Source: Octopus bimaculoides (Eukaryota). From it: 41,331 nucleotides of DNA. Of this stretch, positions 22,786 to 34,541 are shown one piece after another. Where the stretch lies: the NCBI RefSeq assembly GCF_001194135.2, contig NC_068986.1, positions 23,624,915 through 23,666,245 on the forward strand, in the 5' to 3' direction. The stretch's first letter is position 1. The number at the start of each line of letters is the position of its first letter. The notes under the pieces are model-generated. The model did no database searches and was not told the origin of the DNA. It saw only the letters and a list, made by a program, of their open reading frames with translations. The position numbers and the translations under genes were made by a program.

Positions 22786-25267
22786 TATATATATATACGA
22801 TCGTAAATGCTACCCTCGTCTCTGCTTCTTCCTCCTGTGTTACCTATTTAATTAAAGACATATTAGCGAAAACCACGAGTTTCCCATTGTTATTATATCC
22901 ATTTTCTTCTCCTATACATATATATATATACATACATGTATATATGTATACACACACACACCTATACATATACATATATAGATATATATATATATTTTGT
23001 CCGCACACACACGCACACTCACATATATATACACCTATACATATACATATACATATATAGATATATATATTCTGAGCGCCCACATACACATACACACACA
23101 CTATTTTGAAGATGCGTATTGGAGAAACCCTTCATCCAATAATGGTAATAATAACAGTCGAATGAAATTTTAGATTTGAAGATGGAAATTTAGATTCCTT
23201 AATTGATATCAATGTAATTCTTTTTACGATTCAACCCATTCAGATACTTATCAATCATGGTATCCTGATGCCATTCAATGAAGCTATCCAGATATCAATC
23301 ATGCAAGCCACGCAGTTATAAATCAATAATCTGAAGCTAATATTCATAATCAGTCGAAGTTAATATTCATAAATCAGTTCTTCAACATTGCTTCAGATTT
23401 CCCATTGTTCGTCGGTGTATATTGTTCAATTAATCAATAATATATCCTTATCAATCGATTGATTAACCTATAGCTTCCTTCCTTACTTAATAACACTCAA
23501 AATGGCGCAGAATTTAGCAAGCCTGAAATATTCAACAGAATCGATTTGGATTTCTTCACTTGGAAAAACCGAGGAAATAAGTACTACAGATATACTGGGG
23601 GTCGATTCTATTAATTATACTATTGCTTCATAAACAAATTAGACTTGTGAATAGTGGAACGGAGCCATGATTTATAAACTGTATTGATTTTTCAAGCGAT
23701 CAATCGTTCCATTAGGTGAATGATCGATACATTCTACAATAATCGCTTGTCATATCAATTCATACATGTCCAATTACTGAAATTCCATTAGAAATTGAGA
23801 GATATTTATTTGTTTCTTGTTTTGTTATTTTTAATAATAAAAAAAAAATTAGCAATTTCACTATCATTACGGGTTTTCATAACTGACATAAACAGGTTTG
23901 TTTTATGATGTTTTCGCTATTTTACAAATGCTTTGCATCTAAAGTTTCTTTCTGTTCTTGACAAATTTTTGATATGTAGTCATGATATTTTGTTTTTCTT
24001 TGTCTTGTGAGAATTCACAGCGAGTCGCTAATGGATGTTATCTTTATCCTTCAACAGGTGCCGCAGAACACGGGATTAACTGTAAGTCAACAAAATTTCC
24101 AAAATGGTTTCGAATCTCTCAAGAAAATATTTCTCTTTACACTGGCGTTGTTAATGCATTTGAAAGAAATGCTGTATATCTCAGTTTCTTAATTATCACT
24201 CCGATACAGAAAGAAACTAGTATTTTGCATCGCTGATACACTTGGGTACAATATTAGTTTCTCATGTCCTTTCATCAAAGAATAACGATAAAAGCCTAAT
24301 TTAAAAATAAAGCAGGAAAATATTATCAATCTACACTAAAACTTTGAAATAACTGTATGTTGAAATAAATATTTTGACAAGACCATGTCTTCCATATATA
24401 CACAAAGTCTACTTGTGTTATACAGTACACTTTCTCTTGTCAGAACTATAACTTTCAACGTCGCTATATATATTTCCTATCAAATTTAATCAAAAGAAAA
24501 TATAAAAAAATTAATATATATATATCTATCTCTACATATATGTGTGTGAATATGTCTCTGTCTGTATGTCTGTATATCTGTGTATTTGTATTCCAAATCA
24601 TGAGAAGAAAATATATTACTAAATCCAGTGCAGATAAATATCAATAGGTTACTTTACAGAAATACATTTTTATGAAGTTTTATGAGATATGAGGAGGAAG
24701 AATTTCAGATGATATTTAAAAAAAACAGAAATTACTTTGGATTTTATTAAACACAACTACTTACCACTTTATTTCATAAGATACCTAGCGATTATCAGAT
24801 ACGAGAGAGTACCAGACTAAATACACCGTATTCTCCTCCGCTTACGTTCTCATTAGGATTGGCTTTCTTTCTTTTTTCCTTTCCTGAATCAACTACATGG
24901 AATATAAATCGTACTGATATCTTATCGACTCTGCATTTACATCTGATCTTGTTTTGTGCCTATGAAATTGATAGCCGATAGTTAAAAAAACGTGTATGTA
25001 TATATATGGATGCTTGTCTCTGTGTGTATATNNNNNNNNNNNNNNNNNNNNNNNNNNNNNNNNNNNNNNNNNNNNNNNNNNNNNNNNNNNNNNNNNNNNN
25101 NNNNNNNNNNNNNNNNNNNNNNNNNNNNNNNNNNNNNNNNNNNNNNNNNNNNNNNNNNNNNNNNNNNNNNNNNNNNNNNNNNNNNNNNNNNNNNNNNNNN
25201 NNNNNNNNNNNNNNNNNNNNNNNNNNNNNNNNNNNNNNNNNNNNNNNNNNNNNNNNNNNNNNNNNNN

Positions 25268-25312
<45 letters not shown>

Positions 25313-25449
25313 GCATGTATGTATGATATTTTTTCTCTACGGTAACTGCAGTGAATTTGACTTTAGTAATTGAAATATGTCACAAAAGTATTTTAACTAA
25401 CCTAAAATTCGCTTATAGCTAAAGACTGCTTGGCGTTGAAATCATTGTA

Positions 25450-25482
<33 letters not shown>

Positions 25483-25595
25483 TCTACGTACGTATGTATG
25501 TATGCATGCATGTATATATGTATATATATATGTATGTGTGTGTATACATATGTATAAATGCATACATGCATACATATATATGTGTATGTATATAG

Positions 25596-26002
25596 ATAGT
25601 CTCTATTAGTGACGGTGAATTTTTTCTGTTTCGGTTTTAGATTGCGTCTAGCCACATAAATCATTTAATAATTTTTCCAGTACCATTTTGCCAATTCAGC
25701 CATTGGTTCAAATAGTAAATCCTATAAATACTGACAAGCTGAATTCAGCTTCACCATCCACGATGGAGTAGCATCACTGATGAGCATTAATTTCATGCAA
25801 AATGGGTGTGCCAATCTCATGCTCTCGCTGGCTGTGGGGAAGTAGTCTCCCTTGTCAGTATATAGAACTGTGCTTTGGTCGTAGCTAAATAACCTTTGAT
25901 TCTTCTTTCTAGCAATGCTGGTGCTGACCTACACCCTTAGTCACTTGTAGTGACGGTAAATCTTTTCCTTTTTGCTTCTAACTTGCGACTAACCACCTTA
26001 AT

Positions 26003-26006
<4 letters not shown>
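25596..26006 (+). mobile_element. Retrozyme-like hammerhead-bearing repeat, locus 2 (one 341-bp unit plus about 70 bp terminal direct repeat)
   Basis: TAGTGACGGT(G/A)AAT at 25607 and 25948; colinear with locus 1; flanked by (TATG)n and (TA)n. Confidence 0.65.
25766..25826 (+). ncRNA. Type I hammerhead ribozyme fold with G12 replaced by A
   Basis: Stem I AGCATCA/TCATGCT (6/7, extendable by GAG/CTC past a bulge); CTGATGA at 25777-25783; stem II GCAT/ATGC; AAA; stem III ATGGG[TGTG]CCAAT (4/5); ATC triplet ending at C25816. Confidence 0.65.
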
Positions 26007-26036
<30 letters not shown>

Positions 26037-26525
26037 NNNNNNNNNNNNNNNNNNNNNNNNNNNNNNNNNNNNNNNNNNNNNNNATATATAAACAGACTTG
26101 AATTCAAATCATATCCGATTTGACATTGTCTTTCGTCTTTACATGGCTGTTAAAATAAAAAGGAGTAACATTCCTGAGTAATTTTTGTTTAAACATCAAC
26201 TGACTAAATCGATTTTTTTTGTTCATTTTCCCTTTAAAACGTTGATGTATCAGAAGAATCATTATTTCTGTTCTGTTATTTCACCATGGAAGCGTGAATG
26301 TTGAGATATTTCTAAAACTGGTGAGTGTAATACAAGCCCCGCAGCTTAATATTCAAGTAGTGAAATAGCTGTGGCTCAGTCATAATATATAAATGACTTG
26401 CTGCATTAAAACAGGATTAACTCCATGTTGATCCGGTTGAGGTAACTTTTCTGTTTCCAGAAAAGAGAATTAGATCGAGATCTTTCAGATAAGAAAATAA
26501 TTACTCGTGCGGTTAAATATCGGAT

Positions 26526-26725
26526 ACGAGTCAGCAGAATCATTAGAGTGTCTGAAAAATTATACCTTGCTATATTTCTTCTGGTTTTTGGCGTTCTGAG
26601 TTCAAATTTTTCTGAAGTTGACTTTGGGGGAAATAAAATAATGTACCCGACGAGTAGTGGTTTCGACTAAACACTACCACCCTTCGCTAAGATTGTTGGT
26701 GTTATGCCTATATTAGAAAAAAATA
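26526..26725 (+). mobile_element. Old SINE family C-related copy
   Basis: GAGTCAGCAGAATCATTAG...CGTTCTGAGTTCAAAT...GTTGACTTTG. Confidence 0.5.
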
Positions 26726-29221
26726 ATTAACGAGTGTAGTCAATTAAAATTATATCAAATTATGACAAGGTAGAGCAGAATGCTTAAAGGAATTATACTA
26801 AATAGATTACGACGCTGTATCGTTTCTATCAACTCACCGTCTTGGAAACTATAAATGCCCTTTCTTTTAAACTACGCACAAGACCACAGGTGCATGAAAG
26901 CAGAAAATGGATGTTGTGACATTCATATCATTCCTCTAATGGTTAACGGTGTAAATAAGGTTAATTATTGGTGCAAGCAAGAGTTCAAACATATCAGTCT
27001 TGTTCTTATCAATTAATTAAGTTTACAATATTCACTCCAGAAATTAGAAATATTTATAACAAATAAGTACTTGATGCTTCATAAAGTGTTTAATTCAAGA
27101 GCCATCTATAAGAATGGTATTAAGCATGCAATTGTAACATTATCTGCAAATTCCATTTTCTCCATATATATAGATTACTATCGCTTGCTAGATATCTCTC
27201 TTATCTAGTTTCATCTTCATTCTTACCTATCTTGTCTCTTCATCTTTTCATCACTAATGCGATCATTTGTAAACATCTTGATAGTTTCTAAACATATTGG
27301 GTTATTCACACTTAAGAACCACTCCTTTTGTCATGCTGATGTCATTGTAGTTAGAAAAGCAAAGTTTGCAGAAATGTTAAAACATTTTACTAAATTACTG
27401 TCAGTATTTAGTCTACTTTTTCAAAATACTGATTTCAAATCTGACAAGAATAAATTTTGCCTTTCATACTATCGGAAACGATAAACATATTCTAGTGTTA
27501 TACAGGAATCCATTAAGTCCATATATATATCCCTCCTAAATCACGTAGGAGAAATATGTATATATATGCATGCATGTTCTATTACACACACGCGAGCGCA
27601 CACGCACACACTCATACTCATACACTCATAAGTTTCCAGCGATGTCCCCAGAGAGAGAAAAGTAGCACTCGTGGCTTCTGTTTTTTCATTGAGATTGGTG
27701 TTAGGGAAGGAGAACGTGAAATTTCGGTTGAAGGTCTGACCGGGTTGTTTGCAACAGAATAAATTCCGCTAATAGTACCAAAAAGAGAAGGATTTTATGT
27801 TAAACTGGTTCATGAAATTTGACTTTACCACCCCATAACAGGAACAGTTTATCCATGCAGTTCCTGGCAAAAGATTTTTATTAATAAAGCATTGGTCGGT
27901 CTAAAAATGCGGAAAAGCATGCTTGCCCAAAGTGCACCACTTACAAATGAAGTTCTTAAGCGCACAAATACTCCTAGCAAGAATATATAATGACGTGCTA
28001 TGTAGAAAATAGAAGCGGAATTAATTATTTTCTACAAGTATACCAATAAAAATCCAGTCATGTTTCAAAAACGAAATTTACTACAATTAACCACTGGGAT
28101 ATTATAGCTGAATTGAAAAGACAACTTTGTGTTCACGATCAACTTCCTGTTCATCCTCCTAGTATGTTATTACCATACTGTGTTGTGTAACTTTCAAAAT
28201 GGTCATCCAATGCTAATTTCTCTGTGAACTCGATCCTTGTTATTTTCACTCCGAGTTATACAACAAAAATCCCACTTGGAAGTATATGTACTTCATAAAA
28301 CCTTGCTTGTTCCTGTTAAGTGTTGTATTGGCTCGGTCCTTAGAACTGGACAAAAAGGTTTGCAGTATCTGGGCTGGCCTGTATGAGTTCGAGTACCGAT
28401 CATATGAGCTTCATCTTTTAATGTTTCGTGATCGATAAAACAAAGAATCGGTCAAGTTCGTTGGACAGGAGGATTGCTAGAGTGTCAGACCATGTCCCAT
28501 GTCCGATGTGTTGTTTGATCGGGATTTTTCCACCCTGAATTTTGGATGGTAGACTTAATCTGCCGTCTAGTTTAACACTACCACCTGACCATTGGACTAA
28601 TTTAACGGATTTCACAGTTATGCACATTCGTGTCCGCACCTCGCTTTGGGATAACTTCCTTTACCGATCTTGTGGAACGCTGAAAAATTATTGTAGGTCT
28701 CCCCACCACTTTCTGATTGAGGAAACATGTAACCCTTATACGTATCCAGTAAGTCATTACTATACCACGAAATGTACGGTAAGATAGCAGAATGGTACTG
28801 CACAATAAAATCGTTGGTCACATTTCTTTACATTTTCAACTCAAAATTCTCTGTGAGCAATTTTCTGTTCCATTTTCCAGGTCTAGTAGTTGTACTTAGT
28901 TAACTCCGGTTCATTTATCATCAATGATATTCATTGTCTTAATTATACCATTTATTTTTAGACATAATGCATATAAGACTACATAACTTGATGTCTCGAT
29001 AATATTTAAATATATTGTGGAAGGAAAAAAAAAAAAATTTGCCTGCTGTTTTTAGCGGAGCAACAGCATGGAGGCTCACTCATTAGCTCGTTTTCCTTGT
29101 TTACTGACGAAATAGTTACCAGGCATTTACGCCAATTTAATTGAACGTATCGCATTCAAAAATCTGTAATGTTATGACAATATCGGAAATGGTCAATATT
29201 TCACAGAGACAGGGAACAAAT

Positions 29222-29225
<4 letters not shown>

Positions 29226-29302
<77 letters not shown>

Positions 29303-29321
29303 GAGATGGAGAGAGAGAGAA

Positions 29322-29363
<42 letters not shown>

Positions 29364-29380
29364 AGAGAGAGGGAGAGAAA
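29226..29380. repeat. (GA)n microsatellite
   Basis: Seen directly in the sequence. Confidence 0.97.
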
Positions 29381-29629
29381 AGAAGTAATTGTACGGCAGA
29401 TGTTAGCTACAAGAGAACAGGCCCTTTAGTGCAGTTTCTGTCAGCGGCTGAATTCATTTCCTTTCTTCAAAATCGGTAAAACCTTCGGGTCAGGACTTCC
29501 TGTAATCTTGTCTATCATAGTGAAAAACGAAGATGCAATAGAGTCGTAAATATGGAAAAAACTAAACCCATGAAACGCTTTCAAATCTCATTTGATTTCA
29601 AATGGCAATATTTAAGTCATGATAAATTC

Positions 29630-29762
29630 CGCCGACGTCGACTTTGTCAATAATCCTTTTGAAGTCGATAAAATAAGTACCAGTTGAGTACTGGGGCCGA
29701 TGCAACCGACTTATCCCAACCCAGAATTGCTGGCTTTATGCCAAAATTTGAAATCAATATTT
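29630..29762 (+). mobile_element. SINE family C fragment, diverged
   Basis: AAATTCCGCCGACGTCGACTTTG...GTCGATAAAATAAGTACCAGTTG. Confidence 0.65.
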
Positions 29763-30379
29763 ATGTCATGTTAATATTTACGTCTTTACTCTTTCTACCC
29801 ACTCACTCTAAAAGTAGAATTAGTCTTTTTCGTTGGTGACTGGGTCCTTCGCGCACCCCGGTAGACAACACAATCGATGTTTATCTTTGTTTTCCGCATA
29901 ACCTAGGCGTGCTGGCTCTTCAGTCTTCTCTTCTGCTAGTTGCTTCTTCTCATTCTCCTGTTACTCCAGTTCTCCAACTTTGCTGGTCTCTCGTCCTCGC
30001 GGTACTCATGTGTTATCTCTAATCAAAGACTAATACTAACGACAATAACCGCTTCTTACTCTCCATCACACTTGCTCTCCAAGAATGTAACACTTCTGAA
30101 AATATTTCTCCACGCATATTTTATCCTGTAGATGTCAAATTGACGCTGCGAGTTTCCAGAAAAGAAAGATACCTTATAAAATGCTTATGTAATATTGTAT
30201 TATTTGTTTACAAAATAAATATAAGAATAAAAAGTTGTCAACTTTTATTATATTCATTATATATATTGTTTCCGGTATAAATTAATACTTCTAAGAAATA
30301 TTACCGGTCCCTGACATATTGGAAAAAAATTCTGCCAGTACACTATATCAGATAGTTTGAGAAGCACTGCTGTTGGTAA

Positions 30380-30715
30380 TTCTTTTCTACTCTAGGAACA
30401 AGGCCCAAAATTTTGAGGGAGGAAGCCAGTTGATTAGATCGAACCCGGTACGCAACTGGTAGTTAATTTATCGACCCTGAAAGGAGGAAAGGCAAAGTCG
30501 ACCTCGGCGGAATTTGAACTCAGAACGTGATGACAGACGAAATACCACTAAGCATTTCGCCCGGCGTGCTAACGTTTCTTATTTCTTTATTGCCCACAAG
30601 GGGCTAAACATAGAGGGGACAAACAAGGACAGACAAAGAGATTAAGTCAATTACATCGACTCCAGGGTGTAACCCCAGGGCGTAACCCCAGGGCGTAACC
30701 CCCGGGCGTGCTAAC
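30380..30715 (-). mobile_element. Two abutting SINE family C copies, the second with slippage repeats
   Basis: 30380-30579 is the inverse of 11142-11288 plus a 3' end. 30580-30715 looks like a second 3' end, has three CCCCAGGGCGTAA-like units, and then repeats the GGCGTGCTAAC motif. Confidence 0.8.
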
Positions 30716-31279
30716 ATGGTAATTCACTGAGTAACTAAGCTCAGTTCTACAAGCCACTGCAAAGAATCATTTGTTAGTTATACCACATTGTTAATTTTCT
30801 TCACCACATCCGCCATTTGATCTTTTCAAAAATATTTGTTGAACGCCAGAGCGTTACTAACGAGTAACTTAGATAATTATAAATGGTAAATTATTTTGTC
30901 GATTCCAATCATTAATGAGTTCTCTAGTTAATTGCATATTTGCATTTGTTGTTTTATGAATCAAACGAAGATGTTTCATTGCTGTCGCTACTTGTCTTTG
31001 ACAAATGAAGTGAAACAGTCACATAAGATAAATGACATTTTTGTAATTTGACACGAACCAAGTATAACTTAAAATTAACTTTTATAACTATCTTAATCGG
31101 AATTCATTACCCTCTGGCAATGATTTTAAATTATCGATGTTAATAAAAAAAAAAGATTAAAATATAAAAGAATTAAATATAAAAATAAAACTTTACAGAT
31201 GTTCGAAATATGTCACAGATAAATGTAGGAGTTGTTTATAATGAAAAAAATATTTTAAAGCATGTATGTTTCGGTGGTA

Positions 31280-31493
31280 ACGGCGAAGATGACGATAACG
31301 ATGACGAGGGTAATTGTGGCATGGATGATAAGAATGAAGATGATGATGATGCTTATGATTACAATGCCGCTACTGCTGATGAGGAGGATAATGATGATGT
31401 TGATGATGATGATGATGTTTCTGGAAATGGTGAAAATGAAGATGATGTTGACGATTATAATAATGATAATAGATATAAAATATACATAAAATA

Positions 31494-31536
<43 letters not shown>

Positions 31537-31625
31537 CAAAGAATGCTGCTGCTGCTGCTGATGATGATGATGAAGATGACGATGATGATGATGATGATGA
31601 TGTTGTTGATGATGATGATGATGAC

Positions 31626-31657
<32 letters not shown>

Positions 31658-31755
31658 CGATGATGACGATGATGATGACGATGATGATGATGATGATGAT
31701 GATGACGATGATGATGACGATGATGATGATGGTGCTGATGAAGATGACGATGAGG
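31280..31755. repeat. (GAT)n microsatellite with a decayed 5' portion
   Basis: Seen directly; produces the poly-M, poly-D and poly-H ORFs. Confidence 0.95.
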
Positions 31756-32034
31756 ATAGATATTTATCTCCAAGTATCCCTTCATCGAGCTAAACTATGA
31801 CAAAAGGCATTCAAATATTGCCAATCAGGTATTTTCCTCTTACAGGTATACATTATCTGATGTGTTCTACATCTAATAGGGTAGGGGTGTCATCTGAGTG
31901 AGATCTGTCTGTTATTTCTAGAAACATGAACAGTTTTCATGATGATAGAAAAGCGGAACGCCGGAATTAACAGTACATTGGTCACCTTTCAGGATGCAAA
32001 CGTAATAGCAGGTTGCCTTCCTCTGCTTATCTGA

Positions 32035-32075
32035 CTGTAGTAGTAGCAGTAGTAGTAGTAGTAGTAGTAGTAGTT

Positions 32076-32112
<37 letters not shown>

Positions 32113-32745
32113 CAATAGTAGTGATAATAGTTGTTAGAAGTTGTAGAACAGTAGTAGTGGGAGGAAGAGGAGGAGGACGAAGAGGAGGAGGACGACGACG
32201 ACGAGGAGGAAGACGAGGACGAGGAAGACGAGGACGAGGAAGACGAGGACCAGGAAGAGGAGGAGGACGAGGGAGGGGAGGAGGAGGAGGGAGAGGAGGA
32301 GGACGAGGAAGAGGAAGAGGAGGAAGTGGAGGAAGTGGAATAGGAGGAGGAGGACGAGGAGGAGGAGGACGAGGAAGAGGAGGAAGGGGAGGAAGTGGAA
32401 TAGGAGGAGGAGGACGAGGAGGAGGAGGACGAGGAAGAGGAAGGGGAGGAGGATGAGGAGGAGGACGAGGAGGACGAGGAGGAGGTCGAGGAGGACGAGG
32501 AGGATGACGAGGAAGAGGAAGAGGGGGAGGACGAGGGGGAGGACGAGGAGGAGGACGGGGAGGAGGACGAGGAAGAGGGGGGAAAGAGGAGGAAGGGGAG
32601 GTGGAAGAGGAGGAGGAAGAGGAGGTGGAAGGGGAGGAGGAAGAGGAGGAGGAAGAGGAGGTGGAGAGGGAGGTGTAGCAGAAGTTGTAGTAATAGTAGC
32701 AGTAATAATAGTAGAAGTATTAGTTGTAGTAGTTGTAGTAGTAGG
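32035..32745. repeat. (GTA)n-flanked (GGA)n/(GGAAGA)n/(GGACGA)n purine-rich tract
   Basis: Seen directly; includes a 60-bp tandem duplication near 32331-32450. Confidence 0.95.
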
Positions 32746-33325
32746 AGCGGAATGCAAGATTGACAGTGGCATGAACGAAAGAAGTAGAAAGGTCATCATG
32801 AATAGCCAGCAGCTACCAGTAATTATAACAGTGATGTTAATTGAATTATTTTAATTTATGTAAAGATATTTGAGTGAAAGAAATTTTTCCTGTTCATAGC
32901 ATTAAATAAAGCTCTGTGGTAAAGGTTTATGGAACGTGGAGGAAAAAAGTGACAAGATGTCACCGTATTTCTAAAAGTCCCATTCACTCCATTCCAGCCC
33001 ACTGTCTTTCACATTAAATTAATTTTAATTAACTAAAATATCCGGGTTCTTTTCCTTGCCTTTTCGGGCTACAATTAGTCCTTGAGTAAAGTAAATTATT
33101 GCTCTCATCGTTAAATGTGCAATTTTATCTAATTAAAATTTCTTGGTTAATTACATCAGCTATGCTAACGACCATTTTAATATTAGTCATTCGCCTAATA
33201 TTTTCCCGTTTCTTTTGGTGAGCACGTGAGGCAATTCAGATACGTTTCGGTTCTGTTCTACTTCCTCGGCCAATTATAGACTTCACAATAGTTGCCGAAG
33301 GTGTAATAACATAAAAACTAAGTCA

Positions 33326-33509
33326 AAGGCGCAGGAGTGACTGTGTGGTAAGTAGCTTACTTACCAACGACATGGTTCCGGGTTCAGTCCCACTGCGTAG
33401 CGCCTTGGGCAAGTGTCTTCTACTATGGCCTCGGGCCGATCAAAGCCTTGTGAGTAGATTTGGTAGACAGAAACTGAAAGAAGCCCGACGTGTATATATA
33501 TATATATAT
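33326..33509 (+). mobile_element. SINE family A, 5' half, ending in a gap
   Basis: AAGGCGCAGGAGTGACTGTGTGGTAAG...GGGTTCAGTCCC...GAAAGAAGCCCGACG(TA)n. Confidence 0.92.
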
Positions 33510-34452
33510 NNNNNNNNNNNNNNNNNNNNNNNNNNNNNNNNNNNNNNNNNNNNNNNNNNNNNNNNNNNNNNNNNNNNNNNNNNNNNNNNNNNNNNNNNNN
33601 NNNNNNNNNNNNNNNNNNNNNNNNNNNNNNNNNNNNNNNNNNNNNNNNNNNNNNNNNNNNNNNNNNNNNNNNNNNNNNNNNNNNNNNNNNNNNNNNNNNN
33701 NNNNNNNNNNNNNNNNNNNNNNNNNNNNNNNNNNNNNNNNNNNNNNNNNNNNNNNNNNNNNNNNNNNNNNNNNNNNNNNNNNNNNNNNNNNNNNNNNNNN
33801 NNNNNNNNNNNNNNNNNNNNNNNNNNNNNNNNNNNNNNNNNNNNNNNNNNNNNNNNNNNNNNNNNNNNNNNNNNNNNNNNNNNNNNNNNNNNNNNNNNNN
33901 NNNNNNNNNNNNNNNNNNNNNNNNNNNNNNNNNNNNNNNNNNNNNNNNNNNNNNNNNNNNNNNNNNNNNNNNNNNNNNNNNNNNNNNNNNNNNNNNNNNN
34001 NNNNNNNNNNNNNNNNNNNNNNNNNNNNNNNNNNNNNNNNNNNNNNNNNNNNNNNNNNNNNNNNNNNNNNNNNNNNNNNNNNNNNNNNNNNNNNNNNNNN
34101 NNNNNNNNNNNNNNNNNNNNNNNNNNNNNNNNNNNNNNNNNNNNNNNNNNNNNNNNNNNNNNNNNNNNNNNNNNNNNNNNNNNNNNNNNNNNNNNNNNNN
34201 NNNNNNNNNNNNNNNNNNNNNNNNNNNNNNNNNNNNNNNNNNNNNNNNNNNNNNNNNNNNNNNNNNNNNNNNNNNNNNNNNNNNNNNNNNNNNNNNNNNN
34301 NNNNNNNNNNNNNNNNNNNNNNNNNNNNNNNNNNNNNNNNNNNNNNNNNNNNNNNNNNNNNNNNNNNNNNNNNNNNNNNNNNNNNNNNNNNNNNNNNNNN
34401 NNNNNNNNNNNNNNNNNNNNNNNNNNNNNNNNNNNNNNNNNNNNNNNNNNNA

Positions 34453-34541
34453 CCAAGGCAGTGTGAAATTTCTATGACATTTATACAGAGAAATTTCACA
34501 CTGGTCTTTATAAATATCCTAGAAATTTCACACTGCCTTGG
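34453..34541. repeat. Short inverted repeat with 22-bp perfect arms
   Basis: CCAAGGCAGTGTGAAATTTCTA at 34453-34474 and its reverse complement at 34520-34541. Confidence 0.9.

Noticed and set aside
25913-25955. Signal-peptide-like mini-exon (AG|CA ATG CTG GTG CTG...GACG|GT), also at 2761-2802 and 3516-3557
   Set aside because: This copy has stops in all three frames, the other two lack the donor, and the segment is the terminal direct repeat of the 340-bp hammerhead unit.
29830-29945. Minus-strand RLCCLPGCAKD, similar to an insulin A-chain or THAP start
   Set aside because: The remaining Cys and His residues are missing and there is no start or splice context.
30660-30705. Short direct repeats as a CRISPR-like array
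   Set aside because: The DNA is eukaryotic, the repeats are contiguous with no spacers, and they derive from SINE sequence.
31210-31800. Asp-rich, poly-His and poly-Met ORFs
   Set aside because: They are readings of a pure and decayed (GAT)n microsatellite.
31918-32854. RGG-rich, poly-Pro, poly-Leu and poly-Val ORFs
   Set aside because: They are translations of (GGA)n and (GTA)n repeats with no unique coding context.
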